64,000 nucleotides of DNA from Histomonas meleagridis 2922-C6/04-290x (GCA_020184695.1 JAANOX010000091.1:1-64000); one strand, 5' to 3'. Counted from the first letter of the stretch, positions 32,925 through 44,845 are shown. Translations and numbers: made by a program. The notes: generated from the letters alone by a model not told the origin.

Positions 32925-35782
32925 TTAAATGCTTTTTTGATATTTTTGAAGTAATTGAATTAATTCGTCATAATTTTTAGAGGTTGCAATCACAAGTGCT
33001 GTTTGAAATGTTTTATATAATTTCCAAATATTATTTAGAAATATCAAATTATTCACATAAATTTTAAAAAAAATAAATAATTATCACTAGCATTAATATC
33101 AATTCCTTCTTGTTCAATAAGTAATTTAACTGTTTCGATTTTATTATTTCTAGCTGCCCACATAAGTGCTGTATTAAATAATATAAATAAACTCCAAATA
33201 TTAGATTGAAATATCAAATTATTAAAACAAATTTTAAATAAAACAATAAAATATCTTTAGTATTAATATCAATTCCTTTTAGTTCAAGAAGTAAATGAAC
33301 TATTTCTCTGTGGTCACACATCGATGCATACATAAGTGCTGTTCTAAATAATTTAAATAATTTCCAAATATTATTTTCAAATATTAAAATATTAAAATAA
33401 ATTCTTTCAAATAAAACAAATAAATATCCTTAACATTAATATCAATTCCTTTCTTCTCAAGAAGTAATTTAACAATTTCTGTATTACCTTTATAAGATGC
33501 CCTCATAAGAGGTGTTTCAAATTATTTGAATAATTTCCAAATATTATTTAGAAATAAAAAATTATTAAATTAAATATCAAAAAAACCCAATAAACATCTA
33601 TAGTATTAATATCAATTCCTTCTTGATCAAGAAGTAATTTAACAATATCTTTGTGACCAAATTGAGATGCAGCAATTAATGGAGTCCAAAATTATTTAAA
33701 CAAATTCCAAATATAATTATGAAATATATGTTCCAAATAAAATATATTAATCTCTTTAGCATTAATATCAATTCCTTCGTGCTTAAGCAGTAATTTCGCA
33801 ATTTCAGGTTCTTTTTCAATAGCTGTTGAAAGGGCAGTATGAAGTTTTATAAACAAATCATGAATAATATATTATAACGAATTATTATTAAAATAAAATT
33901 TAAAATAAAACAAATAAACATCTTTTTGATTTATATCAATACCTTCTTGTTCAAGTAGTAATTTAGCAATGTCAATATGACCACATTCTGATGCTAAAAT
34001 AAGAGGTGTTCTAACCAATTTGAGAAGAATTCACACATGATTATCTAAATCAAAATTTTTTGAAAATTCTTTATCTCTTGTATTAATATCAATTCCTTTT
34101 TGTTCAAGAAGTAATTTAATACCATAAAAGTTTTGATTTATTACAGCAATTGTTAATGGAGCCCAAAACAATTTATATAAATTCCAAATTATTATTATAA
34201 ATATCATATTATTATTATAAAATTTTTATAGACAAAATAAATATCAAACAAAATAATAAAATATCTTTCGCATTTATATCAATGTTTTTTTGATTGAGAA
34301 GAAATTTAACAAGTTTATTGTCATGTGATTCTTCTGCCATCCATAGTAATGTTTGAAATTATATCAACAAAATCCAAATTATTTAATTAAATTTCAAGTT
34401 ATTAATATATACATTATATAAAGTGAACAAAAGTCTTTTGCATTAACATCAATATTTTTTTGTTCAAGAAGTAATGCAACACATTCAATAAAATGTATTT
34501 GGACAGCTTTCATAAGTGGTGTATATTATAAATTTAATAAATTCCATATTTAAAAAATAAAATTTATAAAATCAATAAAAACAGCATCTCTTTCATTAAT
34601 ATCAACATCTTCTATTTGGAGAATGAATTTTATTGTTTCAATATTTCCTGATTCAATAGCTTTAAATAATAAATTTTTATACATTTTTTTATTCTCAATG
34701 AAATATTTTAAAAGATATGTATTTCCTAAGTATGCAATTTCTTTTAATATATTCTCATTAACTTTTTTATTGTTTTGTATTAAAAATATAAAAATTTCAT
34801 AATTATTATATTTGATACAAATCTTTTTCAGCATTTCATCCAACATTTCATTTTTATTTGAGACATCATCGCTTTGTATTATATCCTCTAGATCTTGAAT
34901 TTTTTTATCATAAAAATAATGGAAAATATTATTTTTACGAAACTTAATTGCTGTTTTATAAGCTTTTTTATATGAAGCTTTATTATTTTCACACAAATGA
35001 ATAATTTCTATATTTCCTCCGACAATTGCATATTTTAATGTAACTGCAATATTTGCACCATTTATTAATAAATATTTGAAACATTGTACTGATCCGAAAA
35101 ATGCTGCATAATCAATTAATGTAACATTTTCATGATTAATAAAGTCACACTTTTCATAAAGTGATGGTTCAATTGTTTGATTAAAATTAAAATTCGCTTG
35201 TGTTGATATTTCTTGAAATTTTTCTATTTCATCATTTCGTATTATTTTGGTAATTTCATTTGTGTTGACTCCTTCTTTTATTAATTGCTTATGAAGTTTC
35301 CAATTATCTTTTGATAACTCATTGATGTTAGCCAAAAATTGATATTGAAATGGAAGAGGTATAACTTGTGACATAATAAGTGTTTCTTCTATAGTAAGAT
35401 GATGTGAAAAATAGTATGATAACCTTTGATAACCATTGAAATCAAACTCATACTGAACCAATCCTTGTTCAATCATTTGTTCATATAAACAAAATGATTC
35501 TTGGGAAAAAATGTTGAATAAATAGTTTGCAAAAACTTCTATAATTTTTATGTCATTTTGTATTTGTTTATCAATGTAACAAATAAACTTTATATATAAA
35601 CTTGGATTTAACTTCCTTATTACAAACGTTATATAAATTAATTTACAAAGAAGAACATCAAAAGTAAGTGGTAAACTAGAATCAAATAGATTTATGATAG
35701 ATTGAGCAGAAGTTTCAAAATTTTCTTCATTCAACCCATAAATAGTGGATTCCAAGCTTGTTAGCATTTGTAGTTCGTCCAT
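32925..35782 (-). CDS. DUF3447-ankyrin repeat protein whose last ten ankyrin repeats are split by 38 17-nt elements
   Basis: DUF3447 motifs in the 5' ORF. Nine internal segments (eight of 90 nt, one of 87 nt) are all open. Removing the 17-mers joins them in frame to a natural stop at 32925. Confidence 0.85.
33003..34585 (-). other. ten clusters of 17-nt intervening elements alternating with single codons
   Basis: Spacers at 33003-33082, 33173-33252, 33343-33425, 33516-33595, 33686-33751, 33839-33919, 34010-34072, 34163-34262, 34353-34432 and 34523-34585 measure 80, 80, 83, 80, 66, 81, 63, 100, 80 and 63 nt. Confidence 0.9.
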
Positions 35783-36664
35783 TAGAAAAAAATGCTTTGA
35801 GATGTAAACAATTTATTTTTGAAAAGTAAAAAAGTTCGTACAAAAAAAATTTAAAACGAATATTTTTTGTGGGATTCAACTATATATATATATATATGTA
35901 TGAAGTCATATTTTTAACTTTCTTATATATACATTTTTGATAAAGAGTAAAATTACTAAAAATAGGAAAGCTTCTCTCTTCATTTCTTTTTCCTGAGAAA
36001 TGAAACTATTTTCATAATGATATACATATATTATAAAAAGTTAATTTAAACTCACTTAGATATATTCAACTTAAATATTTAACATTTTTATATCATTGTT
36101 ATTAATTTTCTTGCTAATAAAACTAAAAATAAAAAGGTGTATTATCAAATTTCTTAGTTAAACATAATAATTTTTGAATTTGTAATATATATATTGTTAA
36201 TATAAAGATATTTTAAATTCTAATTTAATGCAATTGTAAATCAAGTCTAGTTAATTCATAATGTGATTGTAGGGAAAACATAGTTAATAATGATGGAAAC
36301 AGAAGGCTCAGATCAGATTTTTTTCTTTGTTCCTCATTCTTTTCCAATGGATTCTCCGAAAAAATATAATATACCAGACATATACTCTAGTTCATTATGT
36401 GTTGATCCAAATATATAGTTTATCAGTTATCTGATATTACCATATGGTACAGAACAATTAAATTGTCTTCATAGGTATGGCAATCTGGTACAAAACCATG
36501 CTGATATAATTGTTGCTCATATTCGAATTTAAAATATTACAAATTTTTATATTTTTTGAAAAACCTATAGATTTTAAAATTGGATGAGAAATTTTAGTAG
36601 AAAAGAAAAAATCAATAAAAAAACTATAAAAAAATCTTCGAGACTTTTATCGTGTATTGAGTAC

Positions 36665-38563
36665 ATGGAAACAATACAGAAACTAGAAGAAATCATTTAT
36701 ATTTTAGACAAAGATAATTTTGCTCAAACAATTGCATCAATTAAAGATCTTATTCATGATGACTTTTCACCTTACACTAAACTAACTCTTTGCCGCCTTA
36801 TATATTTTGCTTTTCTAACACAAATGCAAGATTATCAACTATATTTAAGAAATATAAAAGAATTTGAAGAAACAACAAATCACAAAATATTTGAAAGGTT
36901 TGTACATTATATTCTTGGATTAAAATCACAAGAATCAGATTTTCTTTTAGAAAAAATGGTTCAATTAAACATATTTTCGCCAAGTTCAGTTATTAAAAAA
37001 GCAACTTTTTTTTTTGCACATTATATAGGAATTAAATTTAAGAGAGTACATAAAATTTTATGGTAATTATGAAGAACTTTCAAAGAATGATTGGGAATTA
37101 CATAAAAAATTAATTAGAGAAGGACATAATCCAAATGAAATTGCGAAAATAATTCGAAATGATGAAATAGAAAAACTTCAAGAAATATCATCACAAACAA
37201 ATTTTGATTTTAATCAAACAATTAAACCATCAGTTTATGAAAAATGTTCATTTATTAATAATGAATATGTTACATTAATTGTTTATGCAGTATTTTTTGG
37301 ATCAGTTAAATGTTTTAAATATTTACTTATGAATGGTGCAAATATTGAAAATACATTAAACTATGCAATTGAAGGTGGAAATGTGGAAATTATTCATTTA
37401 TGTGAACAAAATCATTCATATGCATATGAAGCTGCAATCCAATTTCATCGAAATGATATCTTTAAATATCTTTATGAAAACAAAATTGTTGAATTTTCTT
37501 CTGTAAGACATTAATTAATAATTTTATATTTTTTTCAGTTACAGAACTTACAAATTTTGAAATATTTAATAATAAATATAAAAAAAAAATGTTGTTTTAA
37601 ATAAAATTTATTTTAATAATTTGATATTTCCAAATAATATTTGAAAACTATTTGAATTATTTAATACAGCACTTATTTGTGCATCTGAAAATGGTTATAT
37701 AGAAATCGTTAAATTACTTCTTGAACAAGAAGGAATTGATGTTAATGTGAAAAATATTTATTCGTTTTATTTGATTTTTATTTAAATAATTTGATATTTC
37801 AAAATAATATTTGGAGATTATTTGAATTATTTAATACAGCACTTATGAATGCATCATCTTCAATTTATTATTATAATATAAGTATAGTTCAATTTCTTCT
37901 TGAACAAGAGGGAATTGATATTAATGCTAGGGATATTTATTTATTTTATATAATATTTGTTTTTATTATTTGGCATATTAAAACAATTTATGGAAAACAT
38001 CTATTACATTTAGAACAGCACTTATGAAAGTAGTTTGGCACGTAAGGTCAGAAATGCTTCAATTACTTTTTAAACAAAAAATTATTGACATCAATGCTAA
38101 AGATATTCATATGATTTATTTAATATTATTTCCTATAATTTTATAATTAAATATAATATTTGGAAATTATTTTATAAAGCGTTAATATTTACAGTATTTC
38201 AGAATAGAAGAAGTACACTTAAGATACTTCTTGAACAAGAAGGAATTGATGTGAATTCCAAAGATATTAATTAATTTTACTTAAGATTTATTTTACATGT
38301 TTTATATTTCAAAGTCAAATTTGGAATCTATCATTATTTATTAGAACAGGACTTATGATTGCGTCTGAGAATAATAACACGTATGCTATAAAATTGCTTC
38401 TTGAACAAAAAGGAATTGATGTCAATGCTAAAAATGATTTCTTGTTTTTCTTAATATTGATTTTAGCCATTTTACTTTTCAAAATAAAATTTGGAAATTA
38501 TTGAAACAATTTAAAACAGCTCTTATGCTAGCATCTGAAAAACGTTATGATTGGATTTATTAA
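36665..38563 (+). pseudogene. DUF3447-ankyrin locus, 5' part disrupted, with six ankyrin repeats preceded by 17-nt element clusters
   Basis: Frameshift at ~37050, stop at 37514 and a deletion. Spacers at 37586, 37756, 37935, 38105, 38266 and 38436 decode to KDEN, DDGN, NGGR, NYG(Y), KYGR, NYGK. Confidence 0.82.
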
Positions 38564-39160
38564 ATTTTAATAAAATTATGACAAAATTAACATCAGGTGA
38601 TCTTCCTTAAAGAAAGCATCAGCTGAACTGTCCAATCCTTTACATTAGCAGGATTATATTGCCCATTAAAAATTTCTATCCATTTATAAAACGATCATAT
38701 GATCATATGAAAAAACATAGAAAATGTGGAATTACAAAAATTGATCCATCCGATACTTATCACTGAAACTTTAAATGATCCATATTGGAAAAGAAAATAG
38801 AAAAAATTAAAAATAAAAATGAAAAATAACATTAAAAATATAATGATAGAAAGAATAATAAAACAAAAGAGAAAAAATATTTTTAATTTCGTTTAATATC
38901 ATATTTTAAACTAAGGAAAGAGAAAATAGATTTTCATTTATAATAACATATCTAATTTTTTTAGAATCTTGAAAGTAAATAATTTTTTTAATACTTGCTA
39001 TCATTAGATAATGCCCTAGAACATGCTAAAGGGATTTTTTATAGTGAAAAGTTTTCTAAAACATGAGAAGTTTTTTGATTTTGTCTTTTTCAACATTAAT
39101 ATTATAATATTTTGTGGTTTTTGCCTGCATAAAATTGTGAAGAAAAAAATCCGTCAGCAG

Positions 39161-42100
39161 ATGAATGAAGAAAATGTTTTTGTTCAAACAGAATTAAAGG
39201 GCATCCAATTTAAAGACCCGCCTCTCTTATCTTGTTGTTCGTGTGGTTATTTTCTTTTCCTTTTTCCTGATGGTACAATTCAAGGTTTTGATTCAATGAC
39301 TAATAAATCTATAATTCTTCCAAAAAATAATAGCAAAATTAAATTAGGATCTGTTACAGCAATTGCTGTAAATCCAGCTCACACTTTTGCCGCAACTGGT
39401 TACGAAGATGGTTCATTATTTTTTTATGATCTTACTGAAAACAAACTATTAAAATCACTAATCAAAGAAAGAAATGGTACCATAATTTTTTCTTCATTTA
39501 TGAATGATACTACATACTTATGTTATGATTCAAATAGAGTAATTTCTGCATATAAGATTTCTTTATTTTCAACAATTTTTTCGAACGTCGCTACAATAAA
39601 AGAATCAATTTCCATTACAGCGCACAATGACATATTTCATTTTTCAATTCCTCGAATTTTCCAATGTATTGCACCACCAGCAAATACCAATGCTTTTTCA
39701 CGATGTAATTCTCAAATATTTAAGGATTACATTGGTATTTCAACTCCAAAATCATTTACAATTGCAAGCATTACAAACACATTCAATCCAATAGTTGATT
39801 ATCCTGTTTCAAATGCATATTTTGATTTTAATCTTATTTCACAAGAAAACATGGTTTGTGCTTTTGCAGGAGACAACAATCTTAAAGTTGTTAGTCTTAT
39901 TTCAAATTCACAAATAGTTGAAATTCATAATCAACCACTCGAGAAAAAAGTCATCTTCTTATCATTTATATCAGGGTCCACTCTCGCGATTGTTTTTAAT
40001 GATTACAGTTGTCTTCTTCTTCGTCCATTTGATAAAGTTGAACTCACGACGGTTATTAACGTTCAAGGCCGCTTTTTGAGTGACATTTCACGGTTTTATG
40101 TTGTCACAGATGAAAAAGTATGGAAGATCTCTATGGCCACCTTTGATGAGAAACTCGAAACCTTTTATAATTCTGGTAATTTCCATGGTGCAGTTGAGTT
40201 TTGTAAGCGAGCTATGAAAGATGAATTATTTGGAATTGTTGGGTTATCACAAAATTTACTTCAACGATGTTTATTTATCGAGAACAAAATCAGTGAGTTT
40301 TTATCCAAAATGTTACAAGAGCAATTGAAAGACGAGAGTAAAGTTAATGAAACAACTGATTTCATAATACAAGTTTCGAAAGATTTATCGTTATATAATT
40401 TTCTTATTGAAGAAGCATTACCTATCTATGAATCATATGGGTATTTAAAGACATTTTTATTAGCAGTGGTTAAAGCAGATTCGGATGCGAAATTCTTTAT
40501 ATATACTGAAAAGTTCGTCGGATCATTAATCGAAAATATAAACGATTCGACGATTATCGACTTTTTGTTAAAGCTTCCATCGTCGATCGTTCCCTTTGAA
40601 ACGTTATTCAATTTTTGTATGAAGATTGAGAACTATTCGTTAATTTCAAGTTTGTGTTTACAACGGTTAAACGATCCTATTTCATGTTTATCTATTTTAG
40701 CCAATTTAAATGAATATCAAAAAATCAATGAAATTATCCTTAAAATCATACCACAAAATATACCATATTCTAATTTAATAATAAATTGGTTATTTTCATC
40801 TACTAAAGAAACTAAATATATATATTTTAGAGGACTAATGAAATTAAATAACATCGAATTCATTGAACGAATTTATGAATTTTTACGAAGTCAACAACAA
40901 CAAATAATACCATTAGAACAATTTATTAACACATATATTTATATATTAGATTTAGAAAACATATCAGCGAAAAATGAGTTTTATAAATTAGCAGAAAAGT
41001 TTATCTTAAACACAAATATCCAATTATTAAATGTATCAATCAAATATTTAATCTCACGAATATTTACATTTGATTATATCGAACCTGATCAACGTGAATC
41101 GATATTATTATCGATATTAAACTCTGGCTTAAAAGTTGATGTCAAAGAAGAATTAATACCATTATGTCAACAATTTAAGTTTAATAATGTTAAACAATTT
41201 ATATATACACAATCAGCTAAATATGAGAACATTATTCGTAATAATTTAATTGATGGTGGTGAAGATCCATTTTCATTTATCTTGAAGATATTACGACAAA
41301 ACGATAGTTCTAAAGAAGGAATTAAAAACGCAATAATATTAAATGCGCCATTATTAATTACTAAAGACATCGATTCATTTATTGACATAATAATAAATAA
41401 TTTCCCTGATATTCATAATCAAATTATAAATTCATTAACAGACTCATCAATTAAGAATTATTATTTAAAGTCATTATTTTCGAAGACAGTAAATCCAAAC
41501 ATTAATTATAATAGTGAAGATATTCATAATTATTTGGATTTCCTTTGTTGTTATTTCCCAAATGATTTCGTTTCATTTGTTTCTAATCATCCCGAAATTA
41601 ATATTTCGGATTATTTAAACACATGTTTGAAATATGCAATGTTTGATGCATGCGCTGAAATTTATTATATCATTGGCGACTTCGAAAATAGTTGTTTATA
41701 TCTTCGTAAATATTTCGAGTTTAAATTGATCGATTTCGTCGAACAAGATAATGATAATAATAATTCAGACGATGTTAATAAGGCAACGGATTTCGTTTTG
41801 TATTTCTTAACAAAGTATAAACATTTGGATTTCCAACAATTAATATTTTTATTAATAGAATCATTCGTTTTACCAATGTATAGTTGCCAAAATAATGAAA
41901 AACGTGAAATACTTTCAGAGGCTTTACGGAGAATTTGTAACTTCTCAACGGATAAATTACCATTCGAAGTTATCCTTCATAAAATTATTCGTGAATTCGC
42001 TCTTCTAAAAATCGATGTCGTTAGAAGTGCTCTCTGCGGGATTATCAATGACGTGAATTATGATATTGATACTATTACTGCACTCGCAAATTTGTTCGAT

Positions 42101-42469
42101 AATGACGAAAGAAGATCTCAAGAAAAATATATATTACAAGCAATCGCAGGATGTAATTATAATGATACAAGATGCGGTACGTGCCATAAGTCGTTGATGG
42201 CTGGTTCGGATATAGTGACAACATTTCCTTGTGGTCATACTTTTCATCAAAATGATGAATGTTTGCCTGCTCAAATGTGCCCAATTTGTAACCCTGAGGT
42301 AAGATTGGATAAGGAACAAGTGGAACAACCAACAAAACGTACAAACATGATGCAAACTATGAGAGAATTAAGAATGTTCGAACATAGATTAAAACCAAGA
42401 GAATCTGGGTTGCCTTATGTTGAAAAGAAAGGGAACATTCAATTCGTGGGATCGGTGGAAGTCCTTTGA
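39161..42469 (+). CDS. VPS8: Vps8-like CORVET subunit (WD40, solenoid, RING-H2)
   Basis: N-terminal WD40 (GSVTAIAVNPAHTFAATGYEDG), clathrin-like repeats and a C-terminal CGTC...FPCGHTFH...CPIC. ATG at 39161. Confidence 0.75.
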   Translation: MNEENVFVQTELKGIQFKDPPLLSCCSCGYFLFLFPDGTIQGFDSMTNKSIILPKNNSKIKLGSVTAIAVNPAHTFAATGYEDGSLFFYDLTENKLLKSLIKERNGTIIFSSFMNDTTYLCYDSNRVISAYKISLFSTIFSNVATIKESISITAHNDIFHFSIPRIFQCIAPPANTNAFSRCNSQIFKDYIGISTPKSFTIASITNTFNPIVDYPVSNAYFDFNLISQENMVCAFAGDNNLKVVSLISNSQIVEIHNQPLEKKVIFLSFISGSTLAIVFNDYSCLLLRPFDKVELTTVINVQGRFLSDISRFYVVTDEKVWKISMATFDEKLETFYNSGNFHGAVEFCKRAMKDELFGIVGLSQNLLQRCLFIENKISEFLSKMLQEQLKDESKVNETTDFIIQVSKDLSLYNFLIEEALPIYESYGYLKTFLLAVVKADSDAKFFIYTEKFVGSLIENINDSTIIDFLLKLPSSIVPFETLFNFCMKIENYSLISSLCLQRLNDPISCLSILANLNEYQKINEIILKIIPQNIPYSNLIINWLFSSTKETKYIYFRGLMKLNNIEFIERIYEFLRSQQQQIIPLEQFINTYIYILDLENISAKNEFYKLAEKFILNTNIQLLNVSIKYLISRIFTFDYIEPDQRESILLSILNSGLKVDVKEELIPLCQQFKFNNVKQFIYTQSAKYENIIRNNLIDGGEDPFSFILKILRQNDSSKEGIKNAIILNAPLLITKDIDSFIDIIINNFPDIHNQIINSLTDSSIKNYYLKSLFSKTVNPNINYNSEDIHNYLDFLCCYFPNDFVSFVSNHPEINISDYLNTCLKYAMFDACAEIYYIIGDFENSCLYLRKYFEFKLIDFVEQDNDNNNSDDVNKATDFVLYFLTKYKHLDFQQLIFLLIESFVLPMYSCQNNEKREILSEALRRICNFSTDKLPFEVILHKIIREFALLKIDVVRSALCGIINDVNYDIDTITALANLFDNDERRSQEKYILQAIAGCNYNDTRCGTCHKSLMAGSDIVTTFPCGHTFHQNDECLPAQMCPICNPEVRLDKEQVEQPTKRTNMMQTMRELRMFEHRLKPRESGLPYVEKKGNIQFVGSVEVL

Positions 42470-43166
42470 GAAGTAAAATTTTATTTTTCATCCTCCCTTT
42501 CAAATTTAGACATTTTTGTGTAAACTACTGAAAACAGTTTTCATTACTTGGTCGACCACTCTGTGCCAACCAACGGCAGTTGTTTTGATTCAAATGTGGC
42601 AAGGCCAAGCCCAATCTGACAACGATTATACACAAAAAGTCCCCACTTTTGAGGTATACCTCGTAACTACTTTATAACACTTTTCAGCAGCGATGTTTCT
42701 TTTAATGTTATAACATCCGATGTTACACCCGGTGATAATATTGAAAAAAAGAATAAAAATTGATATTTAAAATTAAAAAATGTTCATAAAAATTTTTATG
42801 ATATAAAGAAATATTTTCGTTTTTAATATTGTGGTCGTTGTATAGCGTTCATTTAAATTTTGAAAAGGTGAAAGGATGATGATAAAAAACATAAAAAACA
42901 ATTTTTTCCGAAAAAATACTTCTTTATAATAAAAATATTTATTTCTATTTCATGTCTCATGGTTAATATTTTATCTTTATCGTCAATTTTGAAGAAATTA
43001 ATTGCCGCAGTTAAAACATAAATAATTTGGCCGAACGTTCTTCATTCAATAATTTATTGATGAGGTTTTCATCGTTTTCCGGTCAAATTTTGTGAACATT
43101 TCTGGTGTGGGGTCTAATGTGAAGTGATCTCAGATTAACGTTCTCTAGTTCAAAAGTGATTATAAA

Positions 43167-44048
43167 ATGGAAGAATTCAACACGGTGACAGATGCAATTT
43201 CTTATGCTTTCAAGCATGAGGAAACCTCAATACTAAGTTTGGACAGGATCATTAATGTCCTTTCAGCACCAAACTTATTTTTGCGCCACAAATCCCAAAC
43301 CCCCGTTGAACTCAGCAAAGTAATCACAAGGCGTAAAATATCTAGCACCCTATCCAGTTCAGACTTATTTGTTCGCGCAGGGCCGCCAAGGACTTGCTTA
43401 TGGGCCCTTCGACCAAATAATCCTTTAATGCTTAGTAATAGCGCCATTTTAAACGCAATAGAGGAAGCCCTTATACAAAACGGTCCTCTAAACATCCAAC
43501 AAATTGCAGAATTGACAGAACTTTCGGGATCAAATGTTTCTCTATTTCAAACATTTTTAGACGCTCATCCCAATGAATTCACTGCAGATGAGAATAAAGT
43601 CTATTGGTTTGCAAATCAGCCGCATCCAATTCAAATGAATTTTGATAATATTAACCAAGCACTTCTTTATGCACTTTCCTCGTTCCCTAATGGAGCTTCT
43701 GTAGAAGAGCTTCACTGGTATTTGTGCCTTTGCACTGTTGGTGGCGAGAAAAGGATTAAACGTCGATGCATATCACGCGAATTATCTCGAAGACAAGACC
43801 TCTTTGTACGTCTTTCACGAGCTCGTTACACTACTGTCAACAGCAAATACAACGTTCCATCCTCCTGCAACGTTGGCTACGACAATCAAAATTCATTTTT
43901 CCACATCACCTTACCAGAGAATATGGAACCATCTTCTTACTCATCATACACTGATGCGCCAGAGATAGAGTTCCAAGGTGCAACCGATGAACCATTTGAT
44001 CCAATTAGTTTCTTTGATTGCAGTGATCCTTTCCAATTCTCTTTCTGA
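43167..44048 (+). CDS. hypothetical protein with repeated winged-helix (HARE-HTH-like) units
   Basis: Repeated motif ...ITRRKISSTLSSSDLFVRAG...WAL and ...IKRRCISRELSRRQDLFVRLS. Confidence 0.55.
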   Translation: MEEFNTVTDAISYAFKHEETSILSLDRIINVLSAPNLFLRHKSQTPVELSKVITRRKISSTLSSSDLFVRAGPPRTCLWALRPNNPLMLSNSAILNAIEEALIQNGPLNIQQIAELTELSGSNVSLFQTFLDAHPNEFTADENKVYWFANQPHPIQMNFDNINQALLYALSSFPNGASVEELHWYLCLCTVGGEKRIKRRCISRELSRRQDLFVRLSRARYTTVNSKYNVPSSCNVGYDNQNSFFHITLPENMEPSSYSSYTDAPEIEFQGATDEPFDPISFFDCSDPFQFSF

Positions 44049-44459
44049 ATTATAACAAACACAAAAACTTTTTGTCCACTTAAATGGATTAAATTAATTA
44101 AAGGTCTATACAAGCAAGAATTTGAGTTTTTAAATATTTTTTTTGTCTGTGTAATTTCCCAATACATTTTCATAAAAAAGCGGTTATTCTATTCAATTCC
44201 ACCACATCCTTTGAAATTTCACTTGACAATTAACTGCATATTGAGCAGAATTTTTTGTATTAATTTCTGTACTTTATTTATTGTAAAAATATTTTCTGGT
44301 GCGGTTAAAAACATTCGGTTTTTTATTGTACCTTACAACTATTACTGAATAAGAATTGGAACGAGCATTTCGTTTCAGAGACAGATATTCAAAATTGTTA
44401 ATAGTAAAGTTCATTTGGCGTGGATTAAACTGATTACGAACTTTGGAATCATTTCACAA

Positions 44460-44845
44460 AAAAATAAATAATTGAGTTTTTTATCAAGAAATAAATAATT
44501 AAATGATATTCGATAAAAAAATAATTAAATTTTATTTCAAAAAGTAAATAATTAAATCATTATATCAAGAAATAAATCTTATTTTTAGATATAAACAATT
44601 AAGCTTATTTCAAGAAATAAATAATTAAATATTATTTCAAGAAATAAATAATTAAATATTATTTTAAGAAATAAATAATTAAATCTTATTTCAAGAAATA
44701 AATAATTAAATCTTATATCAAGAAATAAATAATTAAATCTTATATTAAGAAATAAATAAATTGAATATCAAGAAATAAACAATAAAATCTTATTTTAAGA
44801 AATAAAAATTAAGCTTATTTCAGTAAAAATTAAACTTATTTTAGT
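44460..44845. repeat. AT-rich ~27-bp minisatellite (CAAGAAATAAATAATTAAATMTTATWT)
   Basis: About 13-14 degenerate tandem units, read directly. Confidence 0.88.

Noticed and set aside
33003-34585. Spacers as single canonical GT-AG introns using the TACAG|CACTT acceptor, or as U12 AT-AC introns
   Set aside because: Most spacers have no GT donor and no branch motif. The AG is part of ACA-GCA (Thr-Ala) and is absent in TPL/APL repeats. There is no ATATCCTT donor. A single excision cannot recover the internal GGA and the other hidden codons.
33003-34585. Stop-codon reassignment or readthrough explaining the broken ankyrin ORFs
   Set aside because: Most spacers (80, 83, 100, 46 nt) are not multiples of 3, and housekeeping genes use TAA and TGA as normal stops.
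37756-37835. T4 gene 60-style matched-codon ribosomal bypass
   Set aside because: Take-off codons (GAT, AAT, GGA) do not match the landing triplets (mostly TTT), and there is no downstream stem-loop. Unmatched skipping is not excluded.
42625-42650. AAAGTCCCC as the RNase MRP CR-I motif
   Set aside because: There is no complementary GGGGCT CR-V motif downstream at a suitable distance.
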